Positions 1 through 11,841 of a DNA stretch of 64,000 nucleotides are shown piece after piece (the stretch's first letter is position 1; each line of letters starts with the position of its first letter). The position numbers were made by a program, and so were the translations under genes. Source of the stretch: Trichodelitschia bisporula (taxonomy: Eukaryota); the NCBI GenBank assembly GCA_010356995.1, contig ML996699.1, positions 465,697-529,696 on the forward strand, in the 5' to 3' direction. The notes below the pieces were generated by a model that was given only the letters and a program-made list of their open reading frames with translations, searched no databases and was not told the DNA's origin.

Positions 1-44
1 ATTAGCCCCATCCCTAACCCACACCAATGCACAAGTAAACTCAC

Positions 45-2366
45 CTCACAAACCAGCACCCTACATCCCCCACACTCCCTCATCTCCGCCGCACACCTGG
101 CCCTCACATCCCCCACAGGGCGTGTCGCCTGACAAAAATAGCTCCCACACCCCACCCACTGCACCGGATGCGCGCCATACCCAGGCAGCAACATCTTCCT
201 CCTCTGCTCCTCCAGAAACCCGCCCGCCCGCGCCGCCTCATCCCTCTTCAACCCCGAGCAACTCAAACTCCGCGCCCTCGCCCCCGTCCCCGCCACCAAC
301 CCCCTCCTCGGCAACTCAGGGATAGAGAAAGAAGGCGGCGCCGGAGCGGCACGGGGCAGCGCCAGCGACGTAGCGAGCAAGGGCGCGGAATCAGAAAGAC
401 TAGCCGTAGACGCCGAGTCGTCCTCATCGCCCGGCGCCGCAGACGGCGGTCTGAAATCGGGAATCTGCAGATTCGCCAGCTCCAGCGCTCGGGGATGCAC
501 GCTCGCCGCCGCCGCCAACCGTGCAGGCGCAGACCTTACATACTCCCTCTCCGTAAACAGCTCCCGAAACCCACAGCGCCTCAACTTCAACGCTCGAAAA
601 TCATGTTCCTTACACAGCGGCTTCTTGCACTTCCTGCAATTAACCTTCCAGCGAAAAGAGCGGTAACAATCCTGACACAGACTCCGGGGACACGTCTGCG
701 CCTGCAGATCCAAACTATCCTGCTGCAAATACGGCAGGATATCAATATTCCCCCCAATAATCTCCTCATACAGCATCGTATTCTTCATATTCGGCGCCAA
801 GAGCAAGTTCATAAAGTCCGCATCCTCGTACTGTCTCTGCCGCGGCAGCGGCACCGCGCGGATCCGATCCGAGCCCTCGCCGCTGATGTTAGGCCCCAGG
901 AAAGCCACGCCGCCTCCGCCCGAGAAAATGGGTTCCAGGCAGCACCAGTGCATGTTGAGCTTCGGCGGGGGCGGCGGCTGCGCGGACTGCGCCGCCTCGC
1001 CGCCCTCCTCCGAGTCATCCGTGTCCTCACCCGGCTGTGGCTCGCTCATCAGATTCGGCGAGCGGGTCGCGCCGGCCGCCCACCAGAACTTGCCGGCGCG
1101 GTCGCCCTGGCGGTGGGCATACCCGTGCGCGCCGCCAGAAGAATGTCGTGTCTTGGCGCGCTTGCTAGGAATGGGCCGGTTGAAGGCGCACGAGGCGCAC
1201 AGCGTCTTGCGGCAGCCCATGCAGTGCATCTTGATAGAGCAGGTCTCGCAGCGCTCGAGGATAGTCTCGTTGCACCCGTCGCAGCGCACATCCTCGACAA
1301 ACGTGCGGTGACTCTTGCGCAGGTGCGCCGGGACGTACTTCCCCTCGCCCACGGGCCCGTCCTCGGCGCCCAGCGGCTCGCCCTCGTGTCCGACATCGGC
1401 GTCCTCCCACAGACGCCCGCTCGGTCGTGTGCTGCTGCTGCCGCTGCTGCCGTTCTCGCTATTCGGCCCGCCGATGCGGTTCCCCGAGCGCCACAACCGG
1501 TCGAACGGCACCCAAACCTCGGTCGTGCCGGCGGCGGCGCGGTTGGAGTGGTAATCCTTGCGGCGGAAGCAGCGGGCGCCGGGGGTCGGACACCAGGCCG
1601 TGTCGGTCCAGATGCCGAGCTGGTGGCAGATCTCGATGAGTTCGTGCGTGGGCTCGGAGTCGGAGTCGCGGCGCACGAGCGACGAGGGGAGATACGGTCG
1701 TCGGCGGTGGTGTCGGCATCGGTACGTATACAGGCTCTTGAGCGCGAGGTCCGACTTGCCAAGCCAATGGGCGTTGGCGGGGTTTTGCAGCTGCAGGAAG
1801 GGAACAATGTGGTACTTAATCGAGACGTTTTTGCACCCGCGCACCGACAAATGTTCCAACGTGCTGACCCGCGGCTGAAGCACGCGCGACACCAGCGCTA
1901 CGCCCGACACCGCAGTATTGCACAAGTCCAAGCTCTTGAGGCGCGAGGCCATGGGCATGACGACGCGGATGAGCAGCGCATCGAGGGCGTACTGCTTGGA
2001 CTGGCGCTCGCGGGAGTCATCCGAGTGCGGCGAGCCGAGGGTGACGGCGGGCTGCGGTAGACGGAAGGACAGACTCTTCCACGCGAGCGGGTATTCCCCC
2101 ATGAAGCGGCGCAGATGACGCGACGTGTGGTATAGCTGGAGTATAGATTGTGTAGGCAAGAAAGCGAGCAGCGATTCGAGGATGGGCGGGCACGTTGTGA
2201 CGACCTGCTCGAAGGGCGACAGGCGCGGGCCGGCGGCGTCGGCGAGCACTTCGTCGTCGCACTCGTCGGAGGAGGAGAGATCGGCGTCGGAGACGCGGTG
2301 GACGACGGCGTGAGGCGGTTCGGGCATACAGCCGCTGCGGAAGCCGCCGCCGGGGGACGAATCCAT
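45..2366 (-). CDS. F-box-like / LRR-like protein with multiple CxxC Cys clusters (3' end runs off the window; not in ORF track)
   Basis: Manual minus-strand translation from aaccATGg at 2366: MDSSPGGGFRSGCMPEPPH...PPILESLLAFLPTQSILQLYHTSRHLR (F-box-like), LKSLDLCNTAVS and LEHLSVRGCKNVS (LRR-like), then CDGC..CETC..CMGCRKTLCASC, CPRSLCQDC..CRKCKKPLCKEH, CGGCEGQVCGG..CGGC. Open to a GTGAGT donor at 44, with a branch-like GCTAAT at 1-6. Confidence 0.75.
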
Positions 2367-2921
2367 GGTTGTGGAGGAGGACGAGGACGACGGGGCAGTC
2401 AGATCGAGGTGGAGACGGTCGGAAAGGGCTCTTCCCACTAAACAGTCCTCACGGTGGAGGATCGGGGGCATGCAGCGGGGGTTATGTTGCGGGTACTATG
2501 GTTGGAAGTTGAGATTTGCGGATTGCAGGCAAAGTGGCGAGAACGTTGGGCGAGGGCCAGGGTATCGGGGGTATCGAGCGCACGAGTTGCCAACAGAAGA
2601 GCGATGTAGGAGAGGGAAAGAATAATGGAGAGCCGTGGTGGTTTGGTTTGGAATGGGTAGGAGTGAAAATGGCCGGTGCACGCTTTGCCTCTGCGTTGTC
2701 GCGTGCTTGAGGCGATTCTGATTGGGTCGCGGGCACGGGTGGGAATGTGACGATAACGGGACAGCGAGACAGCCTGTGTCGGGTGAAGGAGGCGGGGGCC
2801 GGATTGCGGGAATGAAGCACGAACAGGACGCTGTAATGCGACGAAGAAGCCTACAAAACGAGTTGATGGGAGAGAGAGAAGTGGTGATGTTGAGGGGGGG
2901 GTGGGTGTGTGAGACTGGGGT

Positions 2922-3000
2922 GAGTGGTGTGTGTGGTGTGGTGGTGTTGGCAGAGCGGGCGGTGGTGGTGGTGGTGGTGGTGGTGGTAGTGGTGGTGGTT
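2922..3000. repeat. (GTG)n / (CAC)n microsatellite
   Basis: Near-perfect GTG run at about 2961-3000 with a GT-rich flank. Confidence 0.9.
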
Positions 3001-3322
3001 TGGCATTCTGCTTGCTGAATCACCACCCAGACAGACAACATCCTCTCAGCCCTTGGCTCAAGAGACTTCACCCCGGTCAGCGCGCTGATTCCTAGCCAAG
3101 CAACCGATATTCCTTGGCAACCAAGGTGTTGGTTGTCGTTGTCGGGAGCATCAAGCAACGAAACACCAACCTCAACATCAACACCCTAAACACCCAAACA
3201 CCCAAACAACTCAACAGCGCGCCAGCGAAAGACCGCTTTATGAATCTCCACTCACCACACGTCCTCTATGCTCACACCGTCTCCACCGTGTCTATCATTT
3301 TCCTCCTTCCCACAATCCTGCA

Positions 3323-3460
3323 GGTAGTACATCCCTCCCACGGTCCTACAAGTAGTACATCCCTCCCACGCCCTACCGGATGTACTCCATCATCACGCCC
3401 TTCCGGATGTACTCCATCATCACGCCCTTCCGGATGTACTCCATCATCACGCCCTACCAG
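3323..3460. repeat. 27-28 bp minisatellite, about 5 copies, just downstream of the DPH2 stop
   Basis: gtagtacatccctcccacg... x2 followed by gatgtactccatcatcacgccc(t/a)... x3. Confidence 0.9.
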
Positions 3461-3492
3461 GCGTATCCCCACAGATCGACATGTAGTCCTCC

Positions 3493-5325
3493 CTACGACG
3501 CCCTGTCACCCTGATAACCCCTCGCAATGCCACTTCTGCCTTCCTCTACCACCGCGCCCTGCACATCGACATTCCCCTCATCAAAATCGCTCCCAAGCCC
3601 CTGCCACATCCGCTCGTGCAGAAATCTTGCTCCGGGCGATACCACCCCGCCGACCTTGGCCACTTCGCCCGCCTGCTGCCGCTTGACAAGCCCCATATTC
3701 GTGTCCCCGCTCCCGTTCTCAGCCGTCGCTGACGCCGGGCCGAGCCGACGCCGCATCGGCCGAGCATGCGACACGTACCGGCCCGTCCGGAGGTCAAACT
3801 CGGGCGGCGCATCTTCATCCTCCTCCACCTTCACATCCTCCTCTCCCCTCTCTTCCTCCTCTCCCCTCTCTTCCTCCTGCCTCTCCTCCCCCTCCCCAAA
3901 CCCACTCCACCACTCCCCCCCCCAAACCCTCCTCCCATCCCCCTCCAACGCCCTCTCCAATTCCCAAACCGTAACAACAGGCCTCCACATCCCCTCCCCC
4001 TCCACAAGCGCACTCTCCCAACACCCAACCACAGCCCAAGCCTCCACCTCCGCAAAATTCGCCAGCTTCGGCGCATTCACCTTACCCACCACAACCGTGT
4101 AGCTCTTCTTCCCCGCCGCTGCAATCGCCTTCCGCGCCCGGGCAACCGCATCCAGGTACCGCGCCACGGATAACGTGCCGACCAGAATGCCAATGACCCC
4201 GGCGCTGGCCACCTTGGCCACAAGCCCGTACCGTCGCCGGAGGGCTTGTGCGCCGTTGGCCGTGTTGCTGGCGCTGGGACTGTAGATCCGCACGCTGGCA
4301 ACCCGCGCCGCGAGCACGAGCAGTAGCGCGGCCGGCGGATCGCCCACATGGAAGACATGCCAGTCCCTCAGACTCTCCGGGTCCTTCCGCACCTCAGCAG
4401 GTAACGTCCGATTCGGGAGCGCACTCTCCGGCTCATGCACCAGCTCCGTCCCCTCCACCCTATACCCAAGCCCACGCAGCCTCTCCACCAACCGCGGTAG
4501 CGCACCCTGAAACGGCGCATCAGCCAGCAGCACGATATTCTTATCTCCGAGCTCATGCCGGGGATAATACCCCTCAAACGCCCGTACAACCGCGTCCTCA
4601 TCCAGCTCCTGTTGCGTAAAGACATACACAACTGGCAACCGCGCCGTAGGCGACAGACACGCGCGCCCGTAGTGCAGCACCACCTGCGCATCCACATGTT
4701 CAGCGGCAATCTCGTCGACGCAGCACGCGCCGTAGGATGTGTCGCCTAGGATCGTAAACCGCCACTCGTCCTCCTTGTCCTTGCCCGTTATATCCTTGCC
4801 CGTCATGTCCTTGCCCGTCATGTCCACCCCTCCCATCCCCCCCTCCAACCCCGCCCCCGCATTATGTACTTCAAACGCCTCCTCGCCACACTCCTCCGGC
4901 CCCGGTGTGTGCGCCAGCCCATCTTCCAGCGCGCGGTATACAGCCGGCGCATCGACGAGCATGATATCGGGGAATTGCAGCGCGATACGCCGCCAGGGGT
5001 GTGCGCGAAGTGTGGCGAGCGTGCGGGGGATGGAGTAGGTCGTGAGCAGTGCTGAGCTGGAGAGCGGGGCGCGGACGCTGGGTGTAGGTGCGGGAGCGAA
5101 GGTGGTGGGTGTAGAGAGGACGGGAGCAGCGGTGAGAGCGGTGGGTTCAGATGGTGAGGCTGGAGGGTGTGATGAGGGTGAGGAGGGGGGATGCGTGCGT
5201 GGTGAGGAGGACGTGGAGAGGAGGGGTGCTCCAGTGGGTTCGGCTACTGGCGCTGCTTGCGGGGATGAGAGAGGAGCGTCCTGCCCTGAGGGCGTGCGGT
5301 CTGGTATTGAATCCTTCGACGGCAT
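3493..5325 (-). CDS. DPH2: Diphthamide biosynthesis protein 2
   Basis: IALQFPD, ILGDTSYGACCVDEIAAEH, HYGRACLSP, VVVGKVNAPKLANFAE, and C-terminal EEGRSGIARGY. Likely ATG at 5325 (MPSKDS). Confidence 0.93.
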   Translation of the reverse strand: MPSKDSIPDRTPSGQDAPLSSPQAAPVAEPTGAPLLSTSSSPRTHPPSSPSSHPPASPSEPTALTAAPVLSTPTTFAPAPTPSVRAPLSSSALLTTYSIPRTLATLRAHPWRRIALQFPDIMLVDAPAVYRALEDGLAHTPGPEECGEEAFEVHNAGAGLEGGMGGVDMTGKDMTGKDITGKDKEDEWRFTILGDTSYGACCVDEIAAEHVDAQVVLHYGRACLSPTARLPVVYVFTQQELDEDAVVRAFEGYYPRHELGDKNIVLLADAPFQGALPRLVERLRGLGYRVEGTELVHEPESALPNRTLPAEVRKDPESLRDWHVFHVGDPPAALLLVLAARVASVRIYSPSASNTANGAQALRRRYGLVAKVASAGVIGILVGTLSVARYLDAVARARKAIAAAGKKSYTVVVGKVNAPKLANFAEVEAWAVVGCWESALVEGEGMWRPVVTVWELERALEGDGRRVWGGEWWSGFGEGEERQEEERGEEEERGEEDVKVEEDEDAPPEFDLRTGRYVSHARPMRRRLGPASATAENGSGDTNMGLVKRQQAGEVAKVGGVVSPGARFLHERMWQGLGSDFDEGNVDVQGAVVEEGRSGIARGYQGDRAS

Positions 5326-6256
5326 TTTGCGTGTGTAGTGGTTGTCTGACGGTGTCGTGTCATGGAGAGGGGTGGCGGTTGTTGTACGTCCAGAAATATT
5401 TCGGCGGGGGAGCAGGGGTGGCGGGGTACCGTACTGTACCCATAACCCCACCACCGAGCCGGATCACGACAACGGGCTGTACCGTAGAGGTGCACGGAGT
5501 GTAGCTTGAACTGCCGATCCTCCATGTGATTGTGCATTTCCATGCTCTTCAAGCTCCCTAACACATCGTGGACGTCGCCCAGCGCGACAGACTCCGGCAA
5601 GTAAGTCACCCACCACCGCTCACATCCCCCTTCACACCCGCAGTACAGCATATGACAAGCGCAAGGGCAAAGCCATTACATTACGTCTACACGTTCTCTG
5701 TCCCATCCATCATCTATTCTCACGCACTCCCATCCTCCCCTAATTCCCTCTCCAGCTACCCCTCCAGCCTCCCAAACACCCAGAAAGCCACCGCCACCTC
5801 AAGAAAAGCCCTCGGCCCACCATTAGGCCGCTCAGGCTCCAGCTGCCACGCCATAATTCCCGTAACACCATGCGTCGCAAGCGAAAGGGCGAAGATGCGC
5901 GCGAGCAAGTTCGCATGCGGGCGAATGAAGCCGAAACCCGCCTTGACGATCCGAGTGACGAAGCTCCGACGGTAGAGCGGGGAACGGCCCGTGCTGCTGT
6001 AGCGTGAGTACGTCGATGATTGGAAGTGTTGAAGATGTGTAGCGTCGTCGTCGACTGTTGATACGAAAGGTGGAGTAGCTCGGCGCACCCCGTCGCCGGG
6101 TCAATGGCCAGCAGCGACCAGAAGAAAAGGCACATAAAAAAAACGCCGAATGAGCCCCCAAACACCCCGATGTAGCCTCCCTACCGCCAAAATGCCTTTA
6201 CGAAAACCAGCGGACCGCTGCATGCAGTACAGTCCGCCTCTTCCTCAAACAGCCAC

Positions 6257-8502
6257 TCACATCAACGGCTTCTTCGTATCCTCCACGCCCCGCCGAATAA
6301 CATCATCCAGGGGCCAGCGCGGGGGAACGATCGAGTTCGCCCGGGCACGGCCCTTGCTCTTGACCTCCACCTGATCCTCGCCCTCAGGCAGCGAACCGCC
6401 CGCAATTCCGCTCGAAAACTTGAGCTGGAGAACATCACCGATCTCGTCGCACGCCTGCAACATCCTGTCCAGATCCTCCTTGTTGTGAGCCGCCGACACG
6501 CAGAACCGAGCACGCGACGAAATAAGTGGCGTAGCGGGGTAACCGACCACCACGACGCTGATGTTGCGCTTCAGCATCTCGTGCGAAAAGGCGGGCATCT
6601 TAGCGGGGTTATACAGCATGACAGGGATGATAGGCGAGTCGTCGTGTCCGTAGACGATGAAGCCGAGACGCTTGAGACCGAGACGCAGATACCGAGCATT
6701 GAACGTAAGCCGCTGCAGACGCTCCTGGCCCTGTCCAGGGACTAACCGGCCGATGATGATCTTGAGCGACGAGGCAATTTGCATGAGTACGGGAGGAGTG
6801 GGAGCTTCGCCCATGAGTGCCGCCGGGTTGGTCAGGCGCAGCTTGTCGATGATAGTCTTGTCCGCCGCAATGTATCCACCATTGGCGCCAAAGGACTTGG
6901 TCAGCGTGCCCATGAGAATGTCGATGTGAGCCGGGTCAATGCCGAAGTAGTCGCAAACGCCACGGCCGCCAGCGCCAAGCGCACCCACCGAATGCGCCTC
7001 GTCGACGAACAGGTAGAACTTGTACTTTTTCTTCAGTTCCACGAGCGCAGGCAGATTGCACATGGTGCCTTCCATCGAATAGAGGCCCTCGACAGCAACG
7101 AGAATCTTCTTCCAGGGGCGGTGGGTACGGGGCTGTCCCTCGGCGATGTTCTCGCGGAGCACACGTTCGAGGTCCTTCATGTTGTTGTGACGGAAAGCAG
7201 TGACAACAGCGCCGGAAATACGGGCACCGAAGCGAATGGAGGCGTGATTCAGCTCGTCTGAGATGATGAGGCAGCCCTTGCCAACAATGGCAGGGAAGGC
7301 ACCGGCATTCGTCACGTAGCCCATGGAAAAGACCATAGCCGCTGGCTTGCCCATAAATTCGGCGATGAGGTTCTCGACTTCCACGTGAAGATCCGAAGTG
7401 CCAGCTTCACCGCGCGAGCTGGCCATGCTGATGCCGTACTTCTTCACCGTAGTCTCGACTGCATCGGCGCAGGGGCCGTCGGACTGAGCAAAGCCGAGAT
7501 AGTTGTAGGAAGACATGTTCAGCGTCTCAGTGGTGGTACCTGAGTAGCGGAATGTGAGGTTGTGGTCGTCAGAATCGCGGTCAAGCAGGGTGATGAAGCG
7601 GCCAGGAACGCCTGTAGTCGGCCGTGCAAAGCAGTCGTTGATACGCATCTTCAGTCGCCGCACGTAGAAGTTGTCAAAGTCGTCATTCAGTGGCGCGAAG
7701 CCGTTCCTAGCCTTCAAGTGGCTGTACCGCTCCTTGCGGAAGCGCTTGCCGAAGAAATCGCGCACATGACCAAAGATGATGAGAATGAGGTAGCTGATGT
7801 AGGTGGTGAGTACATAGTAGTAAGGTGGCTCGTCTTCCAGCGGCTCGGGGAACTCGCCGCCTGGGAACTGGCTGCTGTGGAGGTGTGCCTTGGACAGCAA
7901 CGGGCCGAATTGAGAGTGTGCGCGCGCCTGCTTCGCTGCCTCTTCAGGTGAAGGAGGCTGGAAAAGGGTTTGGGTCTCATTCGACTTCTGTTCACCGGAC
8001 GAGAGACATATCGTAGGAAGGAGGTGTGATCCAGGAGACGAGGGCGAATTGAGCAAGGCCTGTTGCTGTGCAATGACAGCCTGCATCATAGCTGCCTCCG
8101 CCGACTTGCGCTTCGGTGACGAGCTGAAGAAGGAGAAAGGATTGCTCATTTTGGGCAGAGAGGAGCGCTTGCGCGCCGTACTGTCCGTCGAGGATGTAGA
8201 AGATGGGGTGGGCGAGGTGGAGGAATCGAAGGTAACCGCAGGCATTGTAGGAGTCGAGGGAGGTTCAGGCGACTGCTCGGCGTGCTCGTGTTCGTGTGAG
8301 CGCGGCGTGCCGGGCACGTCGTCTACTTGAGTGACCTGAAGGCGCACAGTCAGCTTTAGTGCGTTGGAGTAGGTACAGGAAGCGAGCAGGCGACGCGGGA
8401 AAGGGAGTAGAGTGAGGTGGCGGGACTTGTCGGGAGAGAACGACTTGCCGGCTGGTGATTATGTGTGGTGTCTATATCAGAGGGAAGGGTACGATGTACC
8501 AT
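6257..8502 (-). CDS. LCB2: Serine palmitoyltransferase subunit 2 (PLP-dependent)
   Basis: LNMSSYNYLGFA, DELNHASI, VDEAHS, GTLTKSFG (PLP lysine). Main exon 6257-8335 follows a CAG acceptor. Probable ATG-only first exon at 8500-8502 (5' end uncertain). Confidence 0.95.
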
Positions 8503-10302
8503 TCTGGGGAGTTACAGGCGAGTTGGGTGAAGTTTGGGAGTTGCATGCCTTTTTTTTTGTTTGAGGGGGTGAGAAGGAGTGACGGCGATTGGGGGGACAC
8601 CCTTTGGGAGGTTCACAGTAAAATGATGCTTCGGAGAGGTGGAACGATTCAAGGGCCGGGGCGAAGGTTAGAGCGAGCGAATTAGAGAGGGAGAGCAAGG
8701 GTGGCTCATCACGTTCCAAGACGGAAAGGGTTTAGGGTGGTCTGCACCGCGGGCGGGAGGCGCAGGAGACGGAGACACTTGCAGGCACCGCGACCACCGC
8801 CGGCCTGTAATTCTGGACCAGCAACGGCCGGAGCGTTATCGCACTGCAGATTGCTTGTGCGTGAGGCAGTGTCTCGGTGTGATGATCAATGGATCAAGTG
8901 ATGACACTCTGTTGACAGCAACAGGTAAACAGAGACGCGTGGTTGATCAATTCATCAACTTCGAGCTCACAGCAAACAAGGAAACATGGAGAGAAGAACA
9001 CAAGAGAAAGAGGGGGAGGATGAGATTGTAGAGAGAGAGTAGCTGTAATTTACTGAGCCCGTACCCACTTCCCCTTCATTCCTCCTTCCTCGCCTTTTCC
9101 GCCGAAATGACGGGAGCACTAGCCACCTTCTCCCCGTCCAGCAGTGGCCTTTAGCCACAGTTAAAGAAGGGTCCTTGCCGCGTTCTACGCGATTATTGGT
9201 CATAAAGCGTGTCGGCTCAGGGGTAGCGGAGACGGTGGGGCGCAGACACTGGTATCTCTTGGCGCAAAGCCTTTTGAACCCTAGATTACTCAGCGCCTTG
9301 ATCCCTTGAAATTCTCGCTATCTCCTCCTTCAGGGAACCGAGAATATGCGGCTCAACCGGCACGACGCCGACAAAGGTCATTCATGCTTACCCGCTCCTC
9401 GTGCCCTCACTGCAGCTTCGTTTACACCCGATGACTATCTTGATATCGCTTAAGCGTATCTCTCCGCCCCCTTCCGGTCAACATCTCCTCGCGTGTGGCG
9501 CATCAACTGTCAGCATTACCCATCTCTCCGCCCAATAGCCGCGTCGATCTCTCCGCCTTGCCAAGGCGGGCTGAAGCGGCAATCCCGTTTCCCGTTTCCG
9601 ATTACTCAGCTCCAGAAACCCGAGTTCCCGAGTTGCGGCCTTCATGCCTCACGCACCCGAGCTCGGATCCGATATGGCGGTCATCGATCGCGAAACCGGG
9701 CGCTCAGCGTCTTCATCTATGCATCCCAGTTGAATATGATATGTAGCCGGCTCACCCGGATCGCTCTTCGCTTCCCTTCGAAACTGCCCGTTTCCCGCCG
9801 TAGATCGACCACGCCATGAATCGACCACCATCGGCGATCCTTAGTCCAGCTACCGTAGAAGTTAACGGCCCCCTTTCTTTATGCCCCAATCTCAGAACGG
9901 CTTCCCAGATGAACGCCATTTATGGCTCTCAAAAGTACGGATGTACATGAACACAGAAGTGCAATATACATCTGTAGACTGTCGTCAATAGCTCCTCTGC
10001 AGCACCGCTTCAACGGGCCCCAAACCCCAAACCCACAATCCCCTTGCACACGTGATGCGGCGTCGTTCCGCTCGACCTGCCTCCTTCTGTCCGCATGCGG
10101 ACAAGGACGTTTGACGTTCCCCCGCATTTGGGTGTGGCTGTCTGCAGTGGCTGGACAAGCAAACGACACCAAACGACGGGTATCAACACCATATCGCTTG
10201 CGTACTCATGATAACCACCTCTTGATGCCCACCTCTTGATACCAACTCTCTACCTCGCCACGCGTCGTAGAGCTGCCCCTCTCTCCCTCCATCGTCACCA
10301 CC

Positions 10303-11446
10303 ATGTCGCCCGCCTATCTCGACCACGACGACCCGTTCTCCCCCCGCCGTCGCAGTACCTGTACATCCTCCCCCCGATCCAACCCCACCTCCAAAACTAA
10401 CCCCTACAGACCCCCTCTACAACACCACCACGCGCAAACCCCGCCGCTGGCCCCTCGTCCTACGCATAACCAAAGGCAGCGTCCACGCCCTAATCCTCCC
10501 AGCGGTAACCTTCCACGCGCTCTTCACCGCCCTAATCGTCTACCTCGACCTCTACGTCCAGCCCCTCGGCCTGCCCGGCACCATCGTCCCCTCCATCTCC
10601 ATCGTCGTAGGCCTCATGCTCGTCTTCCGCAACGGCACGTCCTACGACCGCTTCTGGTCTGGCCGGAACCACCTCACCGCCATCACGGGGAGTGTCCGGC
10701 ACCTCGTACGCTACATTTTAACCTATTCCCGGGACCTGAAGACCGACGAGGCGACCCCCGCCGAACGCGCAGACACCGAGGCCGCAGTGCGCTTGCTCAT
10801 CGCCCTCCCCTTCGCGGTCAAACACTCCCTGCGCTCCGAGTTCGGCGGCGCGTGTCCGCCCCTCCCCGCGCGCAGCGGCATGCACACGCCCACGGCTGCA
10901 CCCGCGCATACCGAGGCCGGGCTCATGGCCGAGAGCCTCGGAACGCTACGCCCGGAGTACAGCGGGCTGTTGCCGGCGACGCTGCTCAGCCTCGAGGACC
11001 GGGGCGTACCGCTGCCGGTGCAGCTCGCGGCGAAAATAGAGGCGTATGTACGGCGGGGATGGGCGCGGGGGTGGTGGCAGGCGCCGCAGGCAGGGGGGTT
11101 GAGTGGCGAGGTAGGCGCCATTGTGCGGGCTTATGGGGCTATGGAGACGATTCGCACGACGCCGATTCCCGTCGCGCATCTGATACATGCGAAGCAGGTT
11201 CTTGCGTTGTATTTGATGGTGCTGCCGTTTGCGATGGTGGATGAGATGGCGTGGTGGAGTGTGTTGGTTATTGTGCTTATTGCGTTTACGCTGTATGGGA
11301 TTGAGGCGATTGGGAGTGAGCTTGAGGAGCCGTTTGGGTATGATAAGAATGATATTAAGATGGATGCTATTGTGGAGGATTTGAAGGTTGAGTGCCAGGT
11401 TTTGTTGGAGGAGTGGAGTAGGGGGAATGGGGATTATTTTGATTGA
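10303..11446 (+). CDS. Bestrophin / UPF0187 (YneE-like) membrane channel
   Basis: Intron 10361-10409 joins MSPAYLD... to PRRWPLVLRI. Motifs GLMLVFRNGTSYDRFWSGR, TPIP..H, and GIEAIGSELEEPFGYDKNDI. Confidence 0.88.
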
Positions 11447-11841
11447 TGGGTGGGGGGTTGAGGTGGTTTGGGCGGGAGATAGAAAGATACCCGGTGTGTA
11501 TTCGTATGGTCAATGAAGATACCCTGTTTCATGCTGCTCCATCGCTGGTGACGCCGCCGGATTTAGGTCAAGTGCTCACAGCACATCGATATGAAACTCT
11601 ACCGTGGATATGATGGAAGCAAGGCTCTTCACGTGGAACTGATAACTGTGAAATCTGGAGATTTAAGATAAGGACGATGAAAAGAAGCCTCACTTGGAGC
11701 CTTTGCTCGGCGCTGAGCGGTGTTGCAGTGGTTGTGTAAGGAACAACAGCAGCAGTAATACTAGGATAATCATGATAGATCCTACGTCCAGAGTCTTCTG
11801 CCTAACATGACACCAAAAATTTGCCATCGTTACCAAACGCT

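Noticed and set aside
168..2060. 630-aa plus-strand ORF
   Set aside because: Arg/Ala-rich antisense shadow of the real minus-strand gene; no motifs.
3323..3460. CRISPR-like periodicity
   Set aside because: Head-to-tail units with no unique spacers, a eukaryotic context and no cas genes.
5740..6165. Overlapping 109-141 aa minus-strand ORFs after LCB2
   Set aside because: No convincing start codon or motif; probably LCB2 3' UTR.
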